NCBI RefSeq assembly: GCF_006345805.1
Contig: NC_043005.1
Coordinates: 82,212,001 to 82,276,000, forward strand
DNA: 64,000 bases
Origin: Octopus sinensis
Taxonomy: Eukaryota
Reading direction: 5' to 3'
The notes below the pieces were generated by a model, which was given only the letters and a program-made list of their open reading frames with translations, was not told the origin of the DNA and ran no database searches. Shown here piece after piece: positions 56,431 to 64,000 of this stretch; positions within the stretch are counted from its first letter, which is position 1; every line of letters starts with the position of its first letter. The translations under genes and the position numbers were made by a program.

Positions 56431-56563
56431 TTTCTACTATATGCACAAGGCCAGAAATTTGGGGAACGGGAATAGTCGATTTCATCAACCCCAGTATCTC
56501 ACTGGTAATAAATGTATCTACCCCGAAGAAGTGAGAGACAAAGGTGACCTCGGCGGAATAATG

Positions 56564-56600
<37 letters not shown>

Positions 56601-57048
56601 TAATAATAATAATAACAACAACAATAATGATAATAATGATACTGGTTTCAACTTTTGGCACAATGCCAGCAATTTCAAGGGAGGAGCAAGTCGATTGCAT
56701 GGACCCCAGAACTGAAGGGGTTCTTATTTCAGGGACCTCAAAACGATGAAATGCTAATCATCGGAATTTGAAGTCAGAATTTAAAGACGGAGGAAACCGT
56801 GCTAAGCAATATGTCCGGCTTGCTAACGATATTGCCATCATACTGTCTTATGTAGTAGTAGCAATTGTAGTAGTAGTAGTAGCAGCAGCAGCAATAATAA
56901 TTATATTGGTTTCAAATTATAGCAGAAAGCCAGCAATTACAGTGGAGGAGATAAGACGATTACATCGACCCAACTACTTGGTTGGTAATTTCTTTATCGC
57001 CACCGAAAGGGTGAAGTTCACTTCTGTGCAATTTGCGGTTAGAGCAGA
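56431..57048 (-). mobile_element. Three SINE family B copies (56431-56558, 56641-56838, 56904-57048) separated by (AAT)n/(GTA)n tails
   Basis: Each begins with the ggtttcaa..ttggcac/gcacaaggccag motif on + and contains atc(g/a)accccag. Confidence 0.8.
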
Positions 57049-57052
57049 GGTG

Positions 57053-57128
<76 letters not shown>

Positions 57129-57152
57129 TAGTAGTAGTAGTAGTAGTAGTAA
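57049..57152. repeat. (GTG)n/(GTA)n microsatellite
   Basis: Direct reading; source of the poly-Val ORF. Confidence 0.95.
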
Positions 57153-57614
57153 TGAGGGATTCGAGATGTCCACTCTATAAAAACTTTGGTCGTACTTTAT
57201 TTGTCACAGATTGTAAATGAAGTATCAGGTGAAAATTTCTGAGGAATGAACTGAGAGAAAAAAAAGGGGGTGTATCACCCAGCATTTTTTCAAAAACTCA
57301 CTTTTACGACTCTCTAACGGTTTTGCCGTCATTACCAAACTTGAAAAAAAAAAATGTCATAATAATAATAGTAATAATGGGGAGATTATTGTCTGTTATT
57401 CAATGTTATAGTAACTTACAGAATATGCAATTACTGTCAATACTCTATGTGCAGAAAGATGCAAATACCTTGCATATATTTACACTATCTCCGAGAACAA
57501 GAATAAAATGAAAGAGGCAAAGAAATTTCAATTCTCTCTTTGTATTTCATCAATCATTCTATGCTATTGTTATACGCGAAAATCTGATAAAATTACATTT
57601 TCGATGGATCAACT

Positions 57615-57622
57615 CACACACG

Positions 57623-57664
<42 letters not shown>

Positions 57665-57775
57665 ACACACACACACGCACACACACACGCACACATACAC
57701 ACACACGCACACATACACACACACACCTACACACAAACAAACACACAGACACACACGCCCCCACATACACACATA
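57615..57775. repeat. (CA)n microsatellite
   Basis: Direct reading. Confidence 0.95.
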
Positions 57776-57967
57776 TGCAAGACAAGGTATAAATAATAGA
57801 GATTACTTATTTTTCCTTATTGTAGTAAATTAGACTTATAGCTGTTTTCAGTAGTCATTATAGGTTCGTTAGGGATAGCTTTATTATTGGTCGGTTGAGA
57901 AACAGAGAAAGACCTAAAAAAGTTAATGCTACTTTCGTCCATCACTTCTAGATTCATATGTATGTAC

Positions 57968-58057
<90 letters not shown>

Positions 58058-59103
58058 ATATTACATACATACACACACACATACACATATATATAATACG
58101 TGCTACCTAAGACTGTAATATATACAGTCATAAAGTATTACACTACAATAACCCCATCGAAAATCAGCAAACCAGAAACAGTACCGTACATATATATATA
58201 TATACTTTTTTAAAATTTGTATATATTTATATTATTATAAATGCAAAACAACACCACGGAGGAATCGATGTAAGCTTAAATAATAAACAGCAACAGGTGA
58301 CCCGCGGTAGGTGAACCGCAACATGGCGTAAACATTTGTTAGCACACTTGCAATTTATTTGTCACAATGCCAAAGAAGACGAATTAGCAGGATATACAGG
58401 AGTGTCCGAGAGTTGACCATTTATTTCAATAAAATCGGACAATTTTCTCAAAAACTCACTTTTATTTATGTTTATCATGTTTGATGTTTTAAGCTGTATA
58501 GATATGGCTCAGTCACCGTATTCCCTTTCTCGGGTTAAGAAAATACTCTTCATAGAGACAATGTATTTACATTTTATGTGACTACAAAATTTTAGAGGCA
58601 CACTTGTTTGGCATGTAAAGACTTGTATTATAAAACAAATATCTCAACTGCCTCCAAATTTATGCGTAGGCAACGGAGAATGCAGGGATTTTGTGCGAAA
58701 CATTATATAAAAGAGGACCTGAAATTTCAACGAAATAATGAACGTGTGGTAGAAAGTAGCATACCATTGATGATAATGATATGTGTGAAGAAAAAGGCAT
58801 GCAGCTAGAAGCGATTAACGGCGTCCGGTGCCAATTTCCTATCACAGATTTGTACAACTAAAATTAATACAGTAGAAAAATAAGCGCATTAGCTCACTAA
58901 ATTAAAAAAAAAAGAAATAATCTAAGGAAAAGAACTGATAATTTCCTATTAACTAGAATTCAAATAGTGGAAATAGAAATATATCGTTGGGGAGGTCGCA
59001 GTGTTACAGCCCAAAGGAATATTTAAGTAAATTGTTCATGAATTCGATTTACATGACAAAAATGGCTCTTATAAACTTGATATTGACCAGCATTCTTCAG
59101 ATA

Positions 59104-59298
59104 TATTGGTTTCAAATATTGTCAGAAAGTCAGCAAGTTTGGAGGATGGGTTAATCAGATTACATCGTCCCCAGTATTTACTGACCCTGAAATGATGAAA
59201 GGCAAAGTCGATCTCGGAGGAGTTGAACTCGGAACATAGAGATGGACGAAATACCGCCTTGCACTTTGTCTGTCGTTTTAACAATTCTGTCAGCTCAT
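59104..59298 (-). mobile_element. SINE family B
   Basis: ggtttcaaat...catcgtccccagt...gatgaaaggcaaagtcgatctcgg..gttgaactc..gacgaaataccgc. Confidence 0.85.
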
Positions 59299-60311
59299 CA
59301 TGCTATGCTTTCTTATATTGGTGTAATATTGCTACTATTATCTTCACAGTGGTATAAAGTAATAAAGTGGTATTAAGTAATAAATAGCCTTATCATTTCT
59401 ATTCTAATTCAAACACTGCCAGGGCAGGCATTGCTTTCTATCACTTTTGAGTTGATAAACGTGTTCCATTTAAATACTAAATAAATTGAATCTTTTCATC
59501 TTTACCTGTTCTAATATTGCTAACAAATGCACCACATTTCTTATTAGTTATAAAACGCAGCAGTATTCCAATCACATCACTTTATAGTAAAACTATAATT
59601 AAATTTTGGTTTTATCTATACGTTTCTAATACACGTGCTGTCGCCTAAACCACGCAAATAATAATTACAAATACAATGATAAAAAGAAGACAACAAACAT
59701 CCACATGAAAAAACTGCTCATGAAAAAGATTGTTCTCCTGATATCGTTGATATTTTAAGGCCTCATTACTAGATTAGTGTAATTCATAACACACATTTTG
59801 TTTTGTTGTACTAGAAGAAAATAGTATTATAACAACATTCTTTAGTCATATTATATTAGTGTGTTGTCTGAGGATATTCTAAATAGTAGGGAAAAATTGT
59901 GATATGTATCTTTCATTAGTCTAATCTCCCAAATGACCTTAATTTTGTAAGAACCGAAATTGACATATTTGAAGCGTCGCTTCTTAAAACAAAACATCAC
60001 GTGTTAGTGAAACTGATAAACATAATTGCCAAATCGCCCACGTTATGCAGTATTCACATTTTAGTTAGTGCTGCCTGGAATGGATTTAAACATAGGGCTA
60101 TTCGGTAAGAGCTGACTTTAAGTTGAACAACAATGGAAAAACCACATTTTCAGATAATAAAATTGAAGGTATCAATAAATTAAGACTGAAGCTTCATACT
60201 CGATACCCTTCTGTCGGTTGTCAGGTTGTATTACATATAAACATTGAAATCTCACTTACGTTACAACTACCTAAACAACGACATAAGTTATTCATGGAGT
60301 ATTATTAATGC

Positions 60312-60496
60312 TGCGAAGAGGAAAATATAAGTCGATTACATCAATACCGGTGTTAAATTGGTGCTTTTTACCAACCCCGAAAGGATGAAATGCAAAATCG
60401 ACTTCGGCGGAATTTGAACTCTGAACGTAAAGAAGGACGAAATACCGCTAAGCCTATTGCCCGGTGTGCTAACGATTCGGGCAAGTTACCGCCTTA
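60312..60496 (-). mobile_element. SINE family B
   Basis: ccccgaaaggatgaaatgcaaaatcgacttcggcggaatttgaactctgaacgtaaag..gacgaaataccgctaagc. Confidence 0.9.
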
Positions 60497-61620
60497 ATGT
60501 AGTAGTAAATTAGCATTCATTTAAAGGGAAGAATTTTATGTTCTTCTGTGAATTTTTCCACGGTGTGATAGTAAAATTTATCCTGTTCGGAAGTTTATCT
60601 CGTTTGTTTAATGTCTTGGAAATTGGAAGTGAAAAGCAATACTATCGATCTTTGGAGTTGTAGACCTCTACTCTATTAACCTCTCCTCGTGATTTCATTA
60701 TTAGTATCAATCCAATATAGTCTAAGATATTCTTTTTATATGGAGACGTTAAGTTTATAAAGCTAAATTGATATTTATAGGGTTTGATATTAAATATAAT
60801 GGCAGTATTAAACGCTCTAAGGTAATAATTTCCTTGGCTGTACAATTTTACCTTCTTTCGAGTGTGAGTTCAATGGAATAGTGTGGTGTGAATAATATGA
60901 TCGTGGAATACTGGAAGTTCAAGTTCCGCCAAGAGGAATATTTAGCAAAGTTCAAAACGACAGGTGAACACTTACTGATATCAAGTGGCTAGTCAGGAGA
61001 TCAGAAAATACCATTTAGAAGATCTCCAATACGAGGAGAAGGAAACATAATCCATCCGCCAAACAGAAGAGAACCATGCAATGAATGGATAAATAGAAAC
61101 GCATCGTGACTAGCAATGCATAGGAACATCGGATGAATAATTATTGTCTACTCAGGAGTTCTTATACTTCTACATGTGTATCATTCTTCATTCCAACAAC
61201 AGCATTAGTTTATTAATCTCTTTGAAGTGATGTATTTTCGGTCAACTTAAACATTTCAGTTCTCATGTTATCAACAATCATGCTGAAACAAAGACAGTAA
61301 GTGCTTGACTAAATATGATAAATTACTTTATTACGATTGTTTACGTTGTGAATTGAAAATCTGTTAAATAAGTATTGTTAAATAGTTAAACAAGAATGGA
61401 CGTAATCAATTCTATTCCTGCTATTAAAATGTGCTCAAATGCAAAGTCATTATTTGTGTTTACTCACTGTGTTATGTCAATATCATCTAAACTTCTCAAA
61501 GGTTTTCCTCGTCATGAAGACAATTTACAGCCAGAAACGCTAGAGAGAAGACTGAAACATTTTCAAGCATTCAGTGACATGAATTTATCTTTCCTTTTAG
61601 ATTAAAACTCGTTGCCCTCG

Positions 61621-61710
61621 ACTTTCGTCCTCGTATATTTTTTTGTACAAATGGTTTAGCCAGAAACTTTCGTCCTCGAATAGTTTTTTGTACAAATGGT
61701 TTAGCCAGAA
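61621..61710. repeat. 45-bp tandem duplication (2 units)
   Basis: actttcgtcctcg(t/a)ata(t/g)ttttttgtacaaatggtttagccagaa x2. Confidence 0.95.
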
Positions 61711-62775
61711 ATGAAAGTGAAACACTTATCTTCTTCAGAGCCTTCATGATGTGCGAATGTTTACGCACAGCGGATTGTTATGCGGTTGGAAGCAAAAAGA
61801 GTGGCTCCCTTAAATTATCTAGCAGTGATTTGTGTGATAGAGTACTGTACGGGTGAATGAAACGTCTGGGTGTTGAATCTCGACAAATTAATCTCCTGAA
61901 ATCGCTGTCTCTCAAAGGATAATTCCTGCGGGAGTTAATCTCGGAAATTCTGGCTGGTTACAATTGATTCCTACATGCAACCACATAATGCAAAAGTTAG
62001 AAATCAATATCGACATATTTTCAGAGAAGTAGAAGTTGATTTGTTCTTATTTTATGAACATAGGAAAGATGAAAAGGAACATCGATTTAGATGGATTTTG
62101 ACTCGAGAGGTTAAATAGATATGACGCAACTGAACATCGAAATGCATCTAGTCTGGTTCTAAAATCATTACGGCGACCATTTTTATTTAAAACACCAACC
62201 ATATTAAATTTCAGTAAAATTGTTTCTTTTACATTGCTAAAGCAATGGGCACATTTATGGAATTTAATTCGCTGCTCTTCAGATTTTCTTCTCATAATGT
62301 TGTTCAAAAACTATATTCTCATATACATTTCCAGTTACAACTATGGAACCCCAATACGCAATACATACGTTATTATCATGCATATGGTTATAGAAACATC
62401 TCGTGGATTTCGTATTTATGTCCAATGTGTTAGACAAAGCAATCTACAGAAATATCCTCTCTCAAATTATGCTCAGATAAATTGTTCTAAAGTATAATCT
62501 TCGTAAAGTATCCTGATGTTTTTAAGACTCTACCCCTGACAAACTTATTGAAGATCTTTGTATTCTGTGCATGTTGAACCGACATGAACATGGATGCTGG
62601 GGAAACAAATCTAGTGTTTGTTGTGTGGCTATCTATATAGCTCTCCAGCAGAGGAGAATTAATGCTGTTTGTAACTGACAGTGGCAGTTATCTGGAAGCG
62701 ATAATAAAAAGAAATAAGCTACGTTAAAGTCACAATATGCAGACCTTGCATTTAGACCACCGGAGAATACAAAGA

Positions 62776-62825
62776 GTCTACGGCCATATCGCACCTGAAT
62801 CGGTCTCATTCGATATCAACTAACC
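62776..62825 (+). pseudogene. Possible 5S rRNA-derived 5' fragment
   Basis: Starts GTCTACGGCCATA like the 5S rRNA 5' end, with patchy similarity afterwards; truncated. Confidence 0.25.
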
Positions 62826-64000
62826 CATTGTCTTTTTCTACACCACCATATCCTTTCTGCAAGCCATATTTATGCATAAACTCTCAAAATGAAATAACCA
62901 AAAAAATGTAAAGGTTTATTATAGTTATAATTAATCACTTAATACATTTACATTACATAATATACTTATAGGTATATACACTCACACACATTCTTTCATT
63001 CTGACACACACATACATATGTGTGCGCGTGTGTGAGATTTATTGCGATATGTAACGCAGCACCGGGCTATCACCATTACTAATTCAACAGTGAATCTAAA
63101 ATATTATAGTCTGTCACATAATTATTTTCAACCTCCTACCTTTTCTCAGATCGACTCTTATCAACACGATAGCGGGAAGAACTTGTACAGATATTCACAA
63201 TGGAAAACAATTATCGATTTCCTTTTCTTTATTTCATTTTTATTATTTAAAAATGATAAAGTGTTATCAATATTGTGACTACCATTTCGTTTTCTCTTTT
63301 TCTCCTTTTTCTTAGAAGCAAAGCAAAACAAAATACGTTTCTCAAAGACTGATAATATAGCTTGTAGCTAAATTGATAAACGTGTGATGAGATATTTTTT
63401 CTACATTCTGACCACGTTGTTCCAATTACCGAGACAAAAAAATAGTGGAAATTAAATTAAATCGCATGGTTATTTCATAATGAATGCTGTATATATTTGC
63501 CTGTGGGATCACCTGTTTCAGATTTTATATTTTTCTCTTAGGAAACAACGCAGACAACGAAAACAAATCGTCTGCCAGGCATCCGCGTTTCAGTAAGAGG
63601 AAAAGCAGATTACATAAGAAAATTGGTATAAAAGTAGAAAGATTGAAGCAATTTCATTTCCTCCGTGTGTATCTATTTGCCTTATGAAACTATGACCGCT
63701 ACAAATAGAATAATTTGTGAAGAAAAGTATTAGCAGAATATATCATAATTATATAGAATAGGACTTAGTTTTTCTGCTATTATAATGGTCCATCTTCGAA
63801 GATATATTAGCGGTTGCTTTACAGAAAATTTGTTACGAGGCTGAACCTGAGAAGCATTCACAATGGATGCATATGGTGAAGGCTGCAGTTTCCATTGACA
63901 TTGCGATATTAATACATTATTAGGCTTAGATCTGCCTTCAGCTCTACAACTCATTTCGGATCGATTCCAAAATCAAATCAGTTCGTGACAGTTACAAGGC

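Noticed and set aside
58307-58318. GTAGGTGAACC resembling the 18S rRNA 3' end
   Set aside because: Only 11 nt, with no flanking rRNA similarity.
57290-58464. Shared 17-mer tcaaaaactcactttta at ~57290 and ~58448, near a tacaggagtgtcc Tc1-like end
   Set aside because: Probably remnants of one MITE family, but the ends cannot be defined, so it is not annotated.

Overview
Eukaryotic, very AT-rich, repeat-dominated DNA. The long (TA)n/(CA)n/(TCTA)n/(AAT)n microsatellites and two abundant tRNA-derived SINE families look like an octopus (coleoid cephalopod) genome; this is inferred from repeat style, not from a search. I found no intact protein-coding gene, and almost all ORFs in the supplied track are translations of microsatellites. 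Transposable elements that can be supported: a full-length but inactivated mariner (TIRs and TA TSD), a second decayed mariner, an internally deleted CR1/L2-type LINE, a 5'-truncated R4/Dong-type RLE retrotransposon in a (TAA)n tract, an RTE 3' end, a non-autonomous Helitron, about 20 SINE copies, and a near-perfect 752-bp tandem duplication. The most interesting signal is a short TA-associated repeat carrying a minimal type I hammerhead ribozyme (17067-17111). It sits inside a ~310-bp foldback with ~140-bp arms, and a catalytically decayed sister copy lies at ~53.3 kb. Weaker leads are a pre-miRNA-sized hairpin (8490-8545), a complete strand bias of one SINE family, and a candidate promoter plus first coding exon near 22.8-23.1 kb. 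Coordinates of degenerate repeats are approximate.
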